Positions 29,863 to 40,505 of a DNA stretch of 64,000 nucleotides are shown here, piece by piece (positions within the stretch are counted from its first letter, which is position 1; every line of letters starts with the position of its first letter). The notes below the pieces were generated by a model. The model searched no databases. It was not told the origin of the DNA and saw only the letters and a program-made list of their open reading frames with translations. Location: positions 224,001 to 288,000 of the forward strand of contig CAXXUA010000004.1 of assembly GCA_963663765.2 (NCBI GenBank), given 5' to 3'. Origin of the DNA: Candidatus Poribacteria bacterium (GTDB lineage: Bacteria > Poribacteria > WGA-4E > WGA-3G). Made by a program: the position numbers and the translations under genes.

Positions 29863-30589
29863 ACTACCGATAGTTATGATCTGGAGATGCCCCTTCAGAT
29901 CGATTGAAGCATATCGTTTACCAGTCTATTCTAATGTGATTTACCTACGTCCAGATGCTGGCAAAAAAGATCCAGGTAGATATATACAAAATATTGAACA
30001 TCATAACATCGCAATAGAATATCAAGTCTTCCGACTTATTGATCTTGATGGACAACAGGTACTTGATTCGAAACTTATAGGATTGGTACCGTTTACTCCG
30101 CTGATGGGACATGACAAAGATGTAGATGCTGACCAATGGCTTCGGCATTGTATACAAGTTGCTGATAGCATTGATGTGCCTAACAAGGCAGCATATCTTG
30201 GAAGTATGGCAATTTTGGGAAATATAATTTATGATTCAAAAACAATATTGGAAATTATATCGGAGGAAACCATGCAACAACCAACCATTGTAGAATACGT
30301 GGCACCACAGGCTCGCGAACAAGGATTCCAAGATGGCGTTGAACAAGGTATTGAACAAGGTATTGAACAAGGTATTGAACAAGGTATTGAACAAGGTATC
30401 CAAGAAGGTACACGCAAACATATCCTTGAGATTTTAACGCTTCAATTGGGAGATGCGACCGCACTGAAATTTAAGGCATCCATAGAGTCAATCGATGATT
30501 CACATCGGCTTGAGATGTTATTTCGTGCTGCACTCCAGGCAAAACACGAAGAAGAATTCAGACAAGCTATGAATGAAACCAGTGAATAG
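29863..30589 (+). pseudogene. Headless Rpn copy 2; intact RpnS-like ORF 30272-30589 (105 aa, GIEQ x4)
   Basis: Tandem duplicate lacking the catalytic N-terminus, with a ~20-bp deletion in the RMAGYII codons. Confidence 0.8.
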
Positions 30590-30618
30590 CACCGAATTAA
30601 CGCGATTTGTCCAGTCAG

Positions 30619-31332
30619 ACTACCGATAGTTATGATCTGGAGATGCCCCTTCAGATCGATTGAAGCATATCGTTTACCAGTCTATTCTAATGTGATTTAC
30701 CTACGTCCAGATGCTGGAAAAAAGATCCAGGTAGATATATACAAAATATTGAACATCATAACATCGCAATAGAATATCAAGTCTTCCGACTTATTGATCT
30801 TGATGGACAACAAGTACTTGATTCGAAGATTATAGGATTGGTACCGTTTACTCCGCTGATGGGACATAACAAAGATGTAGATGCTGACCAATGGCTTCGG
30901 CATTGTATACAAGTTGCTGATAGCATTGATGTGCCTAACAAGGCAGCATATCTTGGAAGTATGGCAATTTTGGGAAATATAATTTATGATTCAAAAACAA
31001 TATTAGAAATTATATCGGAGGAAACCATGCAACAACCAACCATTGTAGAATACGTGGCACCACAAGCTCGCGAACAAGGATTCCAAGATGGCGTTGAACA
31101 AGGTATTGAACAAGGTATTGAACAAGGTATTGAACAAGGTATCCAAGAAGGTACACGCAAACATATCCTTGAGATTTTAACGCTTCAATTGGTAGATGCC
31201 ACCGCACTGAAATTTAAGGCATCCATAGAGTCAATCGATGATTCGCAGCGTCTTGAGGTGTTATTTCGCGCTGCACTCCAGGCAAAACACGAAGACGAAT
31301 TCAGACAAGCTATGAATGAAACCAGTGAATAG
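30619..31332 (+). pseudogene. Headless, frameshifted Rpn copy 3; intact RpnS-like ORF 31027-31332 (101 aa, GIEQ x3)
   Basis: Same junction and deletion as copy 2, plus an indel near 30717. Confidence 0.8.
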
Positions 31333-31475
31333 GACCGAATACACGCTATTTGTCCAGTCAGACACTTGTGTCTTGTTCTACTGGCGGGACGAATGACAAC
31401 TATTCAAGTACACTCCAACGTCTAAATAAATAGATTTTTTTATCCTTGTTAGGAAAGGTTCCATATCATCTTTCT

Positions 31476-31713
31476 GTTCCATTGTAACGATACTCCTGCA
31501 GAACCTGCACGCGCAGAACAGACTGATGCTGATAGAGTTTATCCAGGGGATGGTATTCTTGATTTGAAACGGATGATCTCTATATTGAAAGATGCTGATT
31601 TTTCGGGTGTTATCTCGTTGGAGTTATTCAATCCGAATTATTGGGAACAAGATCCGGTAGAAGTTGCTCGGATTGGATTGGAAAAGATGGAAGCTATTAA
31701 ATCTGAATCATGA
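31476..31713 (+). pseudogene. Diverged duplicate of the 3' end of the IolI-like gene
   Basis: Matches about 28380-28593, with a different last few codons. Confidence 0.85.
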
Positions 31714-31759
31714 TAATGTTTCCATACTCTAAAGGTTAAATAAACCCTTTTGATATACA

Positions 31760-32614
31760 GTGAAAACTTTGTTTACATATATCCAACTTTCACGACCACT
31801 GAACGGAATCATTGCCTTTATATCTGCTGGGTTGGGTGGCGTGTTTGCGAGTGGATATGCAAATGAATCTATTCGTGATGTAAAACTACTGTATGTGTGT
31901 TTAGCTACGCTCCTACTGCTTTCTGCGGGTAATGCGATAAATGATTATTGCGACTATCACATAGATCTCATCAATAAACCGAAACGTCCGCTTCCTTCTG
32001 GACGCATTCCACGTAACCATGCGCTCATCTTTACAATAGTTCTTATAGGAATAGGTATAGGACTCGGTGTTCTTATCAACATATATGCTGTTGGAATTGC
32101 AATACTTGTGTCCGTTTTGCTTGTCAGTTATGCGATGTGGTTGAAACGCACACCTTTGATTGGCAATTTGGTGGTTGGGTGCTTGACTGGAATAACCTTT
32201 ATTTCTGGCGGCGTAGCGATTGGGACGGTTCGTGGAACACTCGTTCCTGCAGTTTTTGCGTTTCTGTTCACAACTGCCAGAGAAATTGTCAAAGACCTTG
32301 AAGATATTGAAGGGGATAAAAGGCAAAATATTAGGACACTGGCAATTCTCAACACACGTCTTGCAGTAATATTCGCTTTGAGTTTCATCGTTGCGGTTAT
32401 TGTCTTTAGTCCAATTCCATATATATTTGGATGGTATAGTTGGCACTATCTTGTTGTAATTGTGCTTGGAGTTGACTTGGTATTGATGCTGTTGGTAATA
32501 AGACTCTGTAAAGATGCGTCTAAACCTAGTTGTGCTTTTGTCCAACGATGTATGAAGTGGGACATTTTTGTTGGGTTAATGGCTATATATCTTGGTATGG
32601 TATTCAAGATCTGA
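31760..32614 (+). CDS. UbiA-family prenyltransferase, DGGGP-synthase-like
   Basis: GNAINDYCD...D.INKP.RPLPSG and REIVKDLEDIEGD; multiple TM helices. Confidence 0.85.
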   Translation: MKTLFTYIQLSRPLNGIIAFISAGLGGVFASGYANESIRDVKLLYVCLATLLLLSAGNAINDYCDYHIDLINKPKRPLPSGRIPRNHALIFTIVLIGIGIGLGVLINIYAVGIAILVSVLLVSYAMWLKRTPLIGNLVVGCLTGITFISGGVAIGTVRGTLVPAVFAFLFTTAREIVKDLEDIEGDKRQNIRTLAILNTRLAVIFALSFIVAVIVFSPIPYIFGWYSWHYLVVIVLGVDLVLMLLVIRLCKDASKPSCAFVQRCMKWDIFVGLMAIYLGMVFKI

Positions 32615-32668
32615 TGGATGAGTGGAAACTGTATTAAGAAGCAGTAGACCTAAGAATTAGGAAATAAA

Positions 32669-33904
32669 TTGATTAATTACGAAAAAGTAATCTCATTTTT
32701 GGATAAAGTTGACCCGAATTCGGAGGATGTTAGGAACTTCGTACAATCTTATGATACCTACAAAAGAACAGGTGAATGGCAACCAGAATATCAGGTGTTT
32801 ACATCGGAATGGATAACCATTGATGGTGTCATGTTGATGACACCTGAGACAGAGTATGATGCTGACTTTCGCGTATATGTCAATGCTACCACAGAACGAA
32901 GTTTAAGGGAGTTGATGCTTGCAATTCCCCGACAGGTTGTTGGTTTGTTTGTCATTCCAGAAAGTTGGATTGAGGAAAGAGTATTCAGCATCTTTGAATG
33001 TGAATCTATCCAGATAGATTCAAAAGTATATTTTCGGTGTATCAAAAGGGGTAGTGAAGGAAAGTTAGAACAGCGAACTGTCTCCAAGAGAAAAGATGAA
33101 ATTGCTACGCATTACCGCAAATTGTCAACATTAAAAGGGAAGATTGACAATTCTGCATTTATTGTTGAAGGAGAGTTGTTAGTTGACCGTGCTGTTCAAG
33201 ATGGACAACCTGTAAATTCAGTTCTCTATACAAATAATTTTGTTTCAACGTATGATGGAAAAGAGTTGCTTATGCAGATCATTCATCAGAATATATCATG
33301 CTTTTTAGTTAACGATGGTGTGATGGGATCAGTAACGACAACCCGACCTGTACCACATATTGTTGCTTCAGTTCAACTCAACTATCCTGAATTCTTATCT
33401 GAATCTGGTGATATGAATTTCCATTATAACTGTCAATGCGTCTTACTAATTGCTGAAGACGTTAGTAATCCCGATAATCTTGGTATGACCTTACGTACTG
33501 CGGACGCAGCAGGAGTTTCTGCTGTGTTAATATCTGGTGAAGGTGCAAGTCCATTACATAAGAATTGTGTTCGTGCATCACGTGGGGCGGTTGGTCGCCT
33601 TCCGATGTTTCATACGAGTCGGACAATCAATGCCATTGAAAAACTCAAGACGTGTGGATGGGATGTCATTGGTGCGACAGCTGGTGCAGACACTGACCTG
33701 TATAGTTTACGAGCAAAATTACCTACAGCGATTGTGGTCGGCAATGAAAATGCTGGGTTATCCTATGAAGTTCGCGAAGAATGCACAGAATTGGTGCGTA
33801 TTCCTATGGCTGCTGGTCAATCATCGCTTAATGTTGGTGTTGCAGCGGGTGTAGTGTTATTTGATTTTGTGAGACAAAAACTAAAATCTTCTGAAACAGC
33901 ATAA
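32669..33904 (+). CDS. TrmH/SpoU family RNA methyltransferase with N-terminal extension
   Basis: NPDNLG...RTADAAG, VGNENAGL, IPM....SSLNV. Confidence 0.9.
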   Translation: MINYEKVISFLDKVDPNSEDVRNFVQSYDTYKRTGEWQPEYQVFTSEWITIDGVMLMTPETEYDADFRVYVNATTERSLRELMLAIPRQVVGLFVIPESWIEERVFSIFECESIQIDSKVYFRCIKRGSEGKLEQRTVSKRKDEIATHYRKLSTLKGKIDNSAFIVEGELLVDRAVQDGQPVNSVLYTNNFVSTYDGKELLMQIIHQNISCFLVNDGVMGSVTTTRPVPHIVASVQLNYPEFLSESGDMNFHYNCQCVLLIAEDVSNPDNLGMTLRTADAAGVSAVLISGEGASPLHKNCVRASRGAVGRLPMFHTSRTINAIEKLKTCGWDVIGATAGADTDLYSLRAKLPTAIVVGNENAGLSYEVREECTELVRIPMAAGQSSLNVGVAAGVVLFDFVRQKLKSSETA

Positions 33905-33972
33905 ATATACAGAAATATTGAGTTTACATTATTTCAGTTGTTTGTTATTGTATACGTTATTGAGATTAAACT

Positions 33973-34398
33973 ATGAAATATAAACCTTTTGAATACATAG
34001 AACACACAGCAGATGCAGGACTATTTGTAAGAGGAGATTCCTTACAATCTCTGTTTACCAATGCCGCACAAGGTTTATTTGAGATGATTGCTGTTGTTGA
34101 CACAATTGATGAGAAAGAAACAATTGAAGTTAATGTCGTTGCAGATTCAGTAGATATGTTGTTAGTTTCTTGGTTAGATGAATTAGTTTTTAGACATGAA
34201 ACAGAAGAACTTTTCTTTAAACGAGTTGAAATAAGTAATATCAGTGAGACAGAATTAACCGCTAATGTATTCGGTGAAACTACAAACTATGACAAACACG
34301 TTGTATATACAGAAATCAAAGCAGTAACATATCATCAATTATATGTAAAACAGAAACCCGATGGAGATTGGGAAGCTCAAGTTATTTTTGATCTATAG
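33973..34398 (+). CDS. Archease
   Basis: EHTAD, EIKAVTYH, C-terminal IFDL. Confidence 0.92.
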   Translation: MKYKPFEYIEHTADAGLFVRGDSLQSLFTNAAQGLFEMIAVVDTIDEKETIEVNVVADSVDMLLVSWLDELVFRHETEELFFKRVEISNISETELTANVFGETTNYDKHVVYTEIKAVTYHQLYVKQKPDGDWEAQVIFDL

Positions 34399-34428
34399 TG
34401 AGTCATTGGTAACAAACATTTTGGCGTT

Positions 34429-36114
34429 CTAATCCTTAGTTTCTTCAATTTGAATTAATTGATTCGGTCTAACATTCTCAATTATATTAACATTTCCACT
34501 TGTCCATTCCACCCTAACAGTGTCAATTTTGGGGTCATCTGAAATACCAAAAAACGCTGTTAATTCGCTCTGCGAACAGTAGCTTGATCCACTTCTTACA
34601 GTTCTCGTTTGAGTGCTTATAGCTGAAGTAGTCTGTATACGTGCTCCAATTCCGTTCCGGTTTGACTTGTTTCCAACAAGTTGAATTTTGAGCCAATTAT
34701 TTTGGTTACCTACATCATTTCTATAGAGATGTGCTGGACCGTTGGAAGTGGAAATTAAAATATCTAAATCTCCATCATTATCATAATCTCCATAAGCAGC
34801 ACCTCTGCCAACGACTGGTACAGCTAAATCTTTACCAACTTTGCTTATTACATCAGTGAACTTACCTTCTGACATATTTTGAAATAGATGTAGGGGTTGT
34901 GCGTAAGTAACTTCGCTCTGAACTTTGTTTATATCGGTTTCAACATGACCGTTTGCAGCGAAGATGTCAATGTTACCATCAAGGTCAAAATCAAAGAAAA
35001 AGCAACCGAAAGTAAGTGTCAACAAACTTGGAATACCGAGTTGTGCAATGGGCGCATCATCAATAAAGAAATCACCTTCATTATGATATAGGTTCAACAT
35101 TTCGTTTGAAAAGTTACCGATAATGAGACTGTCTCTACCGATATTGTCGTAGTCAGAAGCATCAACACCCATTGCACCTGTTGCTACCCCACTTTCATTA
35201 TATGCTACACCTGCCAACATGCCGACTTCAATGAAAGTGCCATCCCCATTGTTTTGATAGAGTTTATTCGGTTGTGTGTCGTTTGCTTCAAAGATGTCTG
35301 GATGTCCATCTTGGTTATAATCAATGATGCAAACACCTAAAGATTTACTTGTCGGGTCACTTATTCCTGCAATGCGAGATACATCCAGAAATGTACCGTC
35401 ACCTTTATTCTGAAAAAGTTTACTTGCTTGTCCGGTATATGATTCAGGGGTACAATAGGATTTGTTTTTACCATCAAGTGTGCAAAATATATCTGTTCCA
35501 ATTGTCCATTCAACGTAATTTGCTACAAATATATCAAGGTGACCGTCCAAATTGTAATCAAACCACGCGCAACTTGTGCCGAATCCAGGATTATCAATTC
35601 CAGAAGATTCTGTGACATCAGAAAAAGTACCTTCACCTTGATTTTGAAAGAGTTTGTCGGCGTTTAGGCAGCTAATATAAATGTCGCAATCCCCATCGTT
35701 GTCGTAATCCGCAACTGCAACACCCATGCCATATAAAGGTATATCCAGCTTAGCAGATACTGTGACATCAGTAAAAGTTCCATCCTGATTATTACGGTAG
35801 AGTGCTAATGTTTGCCGTTTCCCAGTGGGGTGACCTTCCCAATCTTTACCATTTACAAGCAGGATGTCTTGCCAACCATCAAGGTTAAAATCAAGAAAAG
35901 CACAGCCTGACCCCATAGTTTCTGGCAAGTATTTTTTCCCGTAAGCACCGTTATTATGTCTGAAATCTATCCCCGCATCTTGTGTAACGTTTACAAATTG
36001 AGGTAGTGGTTCTGCAAATACAAAATTAGTGGTGATAATAAAAACAAAAGCACTTAAGTATGCTAACATTATCTGATGTATACTGCAGTAATTGGTAGTC
36101 AATGTAATAGACAT
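34429..36114 (-). CDS. CRTAC1/ASPIC-UnbV family FG-GAP repeat protein
   Basis: Repeated DYDNDGD.D motifs, GSSYCSQS, SNRNGIGARI; start may lie further downstream. Confidence 0.9.
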   Translation of the reverse strand: MSITLTTNYCSIHQIMLAYLSAFVFIITTNFVFAEPLPQFVNVTQDAGIDFRHNNGAYGKKYLPETMGSGCAFLDFNLDGWQDILLVNGKDWEGHPTGKRQTLALYRNNQDGTFTDVTVSAKLDIPLYGMGVAVADYDNDGDCDIYISCLNADKLFQNQGEGTFSDVTESSGIDNPGFGTSCAWFDYNLDGHLDIFVANYVEWTIGTDIFCTLDGKNKSYCTPESYTGQASKLFQNKGDGTFLDVSRIAGISDPTSKSLGVCIIDYNQDGHPDIFEANDTQPNKLYQNNGDGTFIEVGMLAGVAYNESGVATGAMGVDASDYDNIGRDSLIIGNFSNEMLNLYHNEGDFFIDDAPIAQLGIPSLLTLTFGCFFFDFDLDGNIDIFAANGHVETDINKVQSEVTYAQPLHLFQNMSEGKFTDVISKVGKDLAVPVVGRGAAYGDYDNDGDLDILISTSNGPAHLYRNDVGNQNNWLKIQLVGNKSNRNGIGARIQTTSAISTQTRTVRSGSSYCSQSELTAFFGISDDPKIDTVRVEWTSGNVNIIENVRPNQLIQIEETKD

Positions 36115-36333
36115 TTATAGTAGATTTTAGAATTGCTTGAACATTTTCAACAATCTCGGTTCCGTTTTCCCTCGCTTGCTGGGAAGATAAGTGAGTTGCA
36201 TAACGTACAGGTGCACAAATCATTATAGGTTCTACTATATCTTATCAAATGCTGTGGCAATTGGCAAGAAAAAAGGGGTGTGGGGAGTGTAAAGTTTTTG
36301 TTACTGTGCGTAGGGGCGGGGTCTCTGTGCCCC

Positions 36334-36473
36334 ATAAGCGTCAATTTAAGGATTTTGACCTCTTGTGGGAGGGGTTTGCAACCCCGAATTTATGCGCTTT
36401 TCCTCTCAAATCGGGGTTGAAAACCCCTCCCACAAGAGAAATGCTAACACTTTTTTCTTAAATTGACACCTAT
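36334..36473. mobile_element. MITE family C flanked by 21-bp direct repeat GGGGCGGGGTCTCTGTGCCCC
   Basis: TIRs; direct repeats at 36313-36333 and 36474-36494. Confidence 0.85.
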
Positions 36474-36579
36474 GGGGCGGGGTCTCTGTGCCCCGCCTTA
36501 CTGATTAAATGAGAAATTGCGAGGCATAGAGAACCATAGTTATCAATATAAGGAAATAATGTTATTATTAACCATACTC

Positions 36580-36740
36580 TTCAGTCCCGTAGGGACGATA
36601 TGTTTATAGAAAACGAATACCCTCTCCAATTCTTTAGTCCCGTAGGGACGATATGTTTATCCCTCTATATCGTTCCTACGCAACTCAAGAAAGGAGTGAT
36701 AACGTCTTTCTATAAAAATATCGTCCCTACGGGACTAAAG
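36580..36740. repeat. Cluster of GTCCCGTAGGGACG / CGTCCCTACGGGAC REP-like palindromes
   Basis: Same block at 42515-42670 and 53995-54190. Confidence 0.75.
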
Positions 36741-36899
36741 ATAACAAAAGTTTGAACCTCTGTGAAAAACTTGTTATTCTGTCGCGAGGTATTTCGGGTG
36801 GAATTGACGATTATCTCTACCTTTCGTAACTAAAGGTGCATGTCATGTATGATTTTTAATTTTTCTTTTATTTTATGTTATAGACTATATGTTTCTCTG

Positions 36900-37616
36900 C
36901 TAACGCTGTTGGAGATGCTTAAGTTTATTCATCATCTGCATGCGTTGTGTTTGGATTTCGTTGGACCTTTTCCTAAGCCGTTCAAGTCCTTCTTCGTAAA
37001 CGCGGGGCTGCTCTGTTTTGGTTGCAGTACCTTTTCTATATTTATTTTCCGGTATCGTTTTATTCATTTTAGTGTTTACAACCTGAAGTGGAGGTGCGTA
37101 ACTGCGACTGAATTGCGTTCTTCTCGGATTGAGAAATTGAGAACCATTGAGACTTAGTTTCAACGGTTCTCCTTTTTTTGTAATTAGAGTGGTCCGCTTC
37201 TCTGTAATTTCTTGTACGGTCATATCACCAATCTGATCACTTAAGTTAACATCGTGAAATTGGTTAGACTCGCTTTCTTGAATATATGCTGTAGCACTGC
37301 TACCATCAGCAGCTATCGCGGTACCGAGAAGTGTATAAGCAGATTCGCGCTGTGGTGGTTCCCAGTTGAGCGGTCTGAAGATATTATTATCAATAATCGT
37401 TTGATAGAACGCATCAGGATCAACTTGTTGTATATCGGTCTGTTTTGAGAAACGCGCCCGTCTTTCATCCTGCTTTACAAGAGTTGCCTCAGCAGGAATA
37501 TTGGGAGAGGTTATAGATGTATCAGGACTCTGCGCATCAGGTTTCCAGAATAACCATACCCCTCCGAAAACACACACAATGGAAACAATAAAGGTGAATA
37601 TCAGGATGGACCTCAT
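36900..37616 (-). CDS. Membrane-anchored protein, possibly GspC/PilP-like
   Basis: N-terminal TM helix; IIDNNIFRP...YTLLGT......TAYI........V...DQIG...VQEI pattern resembles the GspC HR domain; family call tentative. Confidence 0.6.
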   Translation of the reverse strand: MRSILIFTFIVSIVCVFGGVWLFWKPDAQSPDTSITSPNIPAEATLVKQDERRARFSKQTDIQQVDPDAFYQTIIDNNIFRPLNWEPPQRESAYTLLGTAIAADGSSATAYIQESESNQFHDVNLSDQIGDMTVQEITEKRTTLITKKGEPLKLSLNGSQFLNPRRTQFSRSYAPPLQVVNTKMNKTIPENKYRKGTATKTEQPRVYEEGLERLRKRSNEIQTQRMQMMNKLKHLQQR

Positions 37617-38965
37617 TGTTCCGATGATTTATTATTCGGGGGTGTAGGACGTTCTGGTGGAAGCGGTGGCCGCTGTGGTACCATTTCTCTACCTATTTTG
37701 CGGATTGCTTCCAGTTCCTTGATTACCTCTTGTAAATCTTTTAGGTCGTTTGGTAATTCACCACCGTGGATTATTTGAAGCATTTCAAACCACTGCTGGA
37801 TGTTATGAGGACCAGGGGGTTCGAGTGGTAGAATTTCAGGAGAAAATTGCCTCTTTGGTTCGGAATCTCTGGGACTTTTTACAGTTTCTTGCGTGTTTAA
37901 CTGATCATCCGGATGTGTATGCGTGGGTGGATGTTTATCCTGCTGTTGAACTGGTGCGATCTTGTCCGGGACAACTTGCTGTGTTTGTTCAGGTATAGAG
38001 TTTATGAATGTTTCATGGTCTGCAATCATTTTTTTAACATTTGCTTGTGCTTCTTCTAAAGCTTTCATTCTCCTTTCATAAAATCGAGGAAGCGAATTAC
38101 TCGTAGGTAAGGGATTCCCTTTTTCGTCTGTATAAACAACTGTAATTCCTTTAGGAGCAATACCGTACATTGTCAACTTATTTTTCTGTTTTCGGGTTAG
38201 CTGCACACCAGTAAATTTGGAAATTCGTTTATCCTCTGAAATATAGACATTCACAGTTTTTTCTGAAAACGGGGTGAACACACCATCAAGGTTCGTGACA
38301 CCACCAGCAAAAGATGGATTCGCATCACGCGCTCGTTGGTTGTAGATTCTCGCAACAATAAAATACTTGATAATTACCTCCTCAAGTTCTTCCCATGTCG
38401 CATCTGAAGGTAATCTATAACCACTAAGCACATTAGCCCTACCTCCCAGTTTGTCAAAATCTCTTTTTGCCCACAGCATTCCATATCGTTTACTTACTGC
38501 CATTTTGTAGTGCCCAAAATCAAGGAAGGGGTTTCCCCAATTTCTCAAGTGTTCAAGCCATTCATTCTTTGGATTGAGACTTTCAACAGATGCCGCAAGT
38601 GCACCTCCTCCTTCGTAAAACTCATACTTTTCATCCCATTTTTCTATCATCTCTGAGACGGTGAAGGGTTGATAATTCTTTCTAATAGCTGCAAGGTCAA
38701 GGTCTTTCCACTGCCTAAGCATAGGATGCTTCTCCGATATGATATCGGAAGAGTGAGGTTTAAAAACACCTTCATCTGAAGTCAGATGATATGTGTGTGT
38801 ATGCTCAACTATGTTACCCTCAGGTCCTTCATGTTGATGTGGTTTAGATGTAGAAATCTTTAGATCTGACTTTGTTTCTTTCTTTTGTAGAACTACAAAA
38901 TAGATAGTAACTCCGATAACGATGACAAAGATTGATATCGAAATCAAGACGATCTGTTTTTTCAT
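37613..38965 (-). CDS. Membrane-anchored hypothetical paralogue with HxH...HxH motif and Pro-rich tail
   Basis: 450 aa ORF, RBS, family motifs. Confidence 0.85.
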   Translation of the reverse strand: MKKQIVLISISIFVIVIGVTIYFVVLQKKETKSDLKISTSKPHQHEGPEGNIVEHTHTYHLTSDEGVFKPHSSDIISEKHPMLRQWKDLDLAAIRKNYQPFTVSEMIEKWDEKYEFYEGGGALAASVESLNPKNEWLEHLRNWGNPFLDFGHYKMAVSKRYGMLWAKRDFDKLGGRANVLSGYRLPSDATWEELEEVIIKYFIVARIYNQRARDANPSFAGGVTNLDGVFTPFSEKTVNVYISEDKRISKFTGVQLTRKQKNKLTMYGIAPKGITVVYTDEKGNPLPTSNSLPRFYERRMKALEEAQANVKKMIADHETFINSIPEQTQQVVPDKIAPVQQQDKHPPTHTHPDDQLNTQETVKSPRDSEPKRQFSPEILPLEPPGPHNIQQWFEMLQIIHGGELPNDLKDLQEVIKELEAIRKIGREMVPQRPPLPPERPTPPNNKSSEQ

Positions 38966-39219
38966 AATTATTCCCCTCCCTGTTTTTCCTTATTTAGATT
39001 TTCTCCAACATTATACCTCGTGTTGGTATACATGGCACAAGCCATGTATACCAAAATATTGTAGAACTGGAATCAGAGATTGTCGCTATAGAAAAGGCAT
39101 GTACTGTAGAAGAGATCTCCGATTCCAGACTATTGGCACAACACACAATTTAATGGTGGACACAACAATCTATTATGGACATCAACGCTTATTTCTTCCA
39201 CGGATACGACGCATTAATT

Positions 39220-40061
39220 TTTAACGGCTACTATTGTACCCATGTAACCTTGGGATATTGCAGTTTTACTTTGTCGGACAGACAAATTCACTGCAAAGTC
39301 AGCTATAGGATTACCACTCAGATTAGCTTTAATTCCATAGGATTATGAATGAACAACGCCTACTCTTTCAACATCCGTACCTGTAGCATAGGTAACTGAA
39401 AGACTCACAGGAACTTCATGTATTCCTGCAGTAAATTCCCCTGATTTCTTATCAGTAATTTCTGTATCCGAAACCTCAATTCGAATATCTGCATAGTCGG
39501 TATCGTATGTCGTTTCAGGTAGATCAAGTTTTATACGTATAGGAGCAAGGGGAATCCTAACCCACACACCTTGCCTTTGAATAAACCTAAGTTGTATCTT
39601 TGCCTGTCCTGCCCAACCCGGTAAGTCTGAAGTAAATCTCATGTCATCAGTTAGCTCAGGAATTGCCGATCCCCTACAAGAACATTCAACTGCAGAAGCT
39701 TTAGCATCAACTCTCGCTCCAAAACCATATTGGTTTCATTTATTCCACCATCTCCGTTTATTAGTGGTGAGGCTTAATACCTAAGTGCCCACGAAGAACA
39801 AGACTTTCCATCGTTTTCTCTCACATTATCGGAATAATCACGATGCTCTTCTTTTCTTGGATCTTTAGCATCTGGATGATTCTCCCTATTATTACCAAGA
39901 GATTTTCCCGTAACATCATGGACCCAAAATTCAGGATTGTGGTCCATGATCGTGTGGTTTTCCCCAGCTTCATGCCCAAATCCACTTGGTGACTGAGCCA
40001 TAAAAACAGCAGACATCACAAAAACAAATAAAATTCCCAATTGAATCAGCTTGAATTTCAT
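39220..40061 (-). pseudogene. Disrupted secreted protein gene
   Basis: Signal peptide and RBS; in-frame TAA at 39774, frameshift near 39730, TAA at 39343, frame continues to about 39220. Confidence 0.7.
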
Positions 40062-40127
40062 TCTTTCTCTCCTTGTGCCACTCAGTTGTGGTGTTCAGAT
40101 GTAGTTTACACATACATCCTATTGTCA

Positions 40128-40157
40128 ATTATAGTTCTAACCCATCGTAGTTGTCAA
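40128..40157 (-). promoter_or_regulatory. Sigma70 promoter TTGACA-18-TATAAT
   Basis: Perfect hexamers upstream of 40061. Confidence 0.7.
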
Positions 40158-40382
40158 ACAAAAATTAACAATATGTGCTGCTACAAGCCGAACAACACAA
40201 CGGTCACATATTAGGTACACCCAATGCAACATAAAAACCCCCGCAACGAAACATTTCGTCTAATACGAAGGGCGCGAGCAAAGACAAAATAAGATTATCA
40301 ACGTTACTTTTTCGGAACGTGCTATATTATTAACGTATGTAGGGGTGGGACAATAATTTTGAGTAAGAATGCAAATATCCGC

Positions 40383-40505
40383 AGCAGGAATATTGGGAGA
40401 GGTTACAGATGTATCAGGACTCTGTGCATGAGGTTCCAGAATAACCGTACCCCTCCGAAAACACACAATGGAAACAATAAAAGTGAATATCAGGATGGAC
40501 CTCAT
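40383..40505 (-). pseudogene. Truncated, frameshifted copy of the 5' end of 36900-37616
   Basis: Near-identical to 37490-37616. Confidence 0.85.

Noticed and set aside
29876-30271. 237-aa ORF as an independent nuclease
   Set aside because: Its start arises from the duplication junction and deletion; catalytic motifs are absent
31913-32545. 210-aa minus-strand ORF
   Set aside because: Antisense shadow of the UbiA gene with no recognisable motifs
39343-39776. Programmed stop-codon readthrough or alternative genetic code
   Set aside because: Housekeeping genes here terminate normally at TAA, and a frameshift is also needed; simple decay explains it
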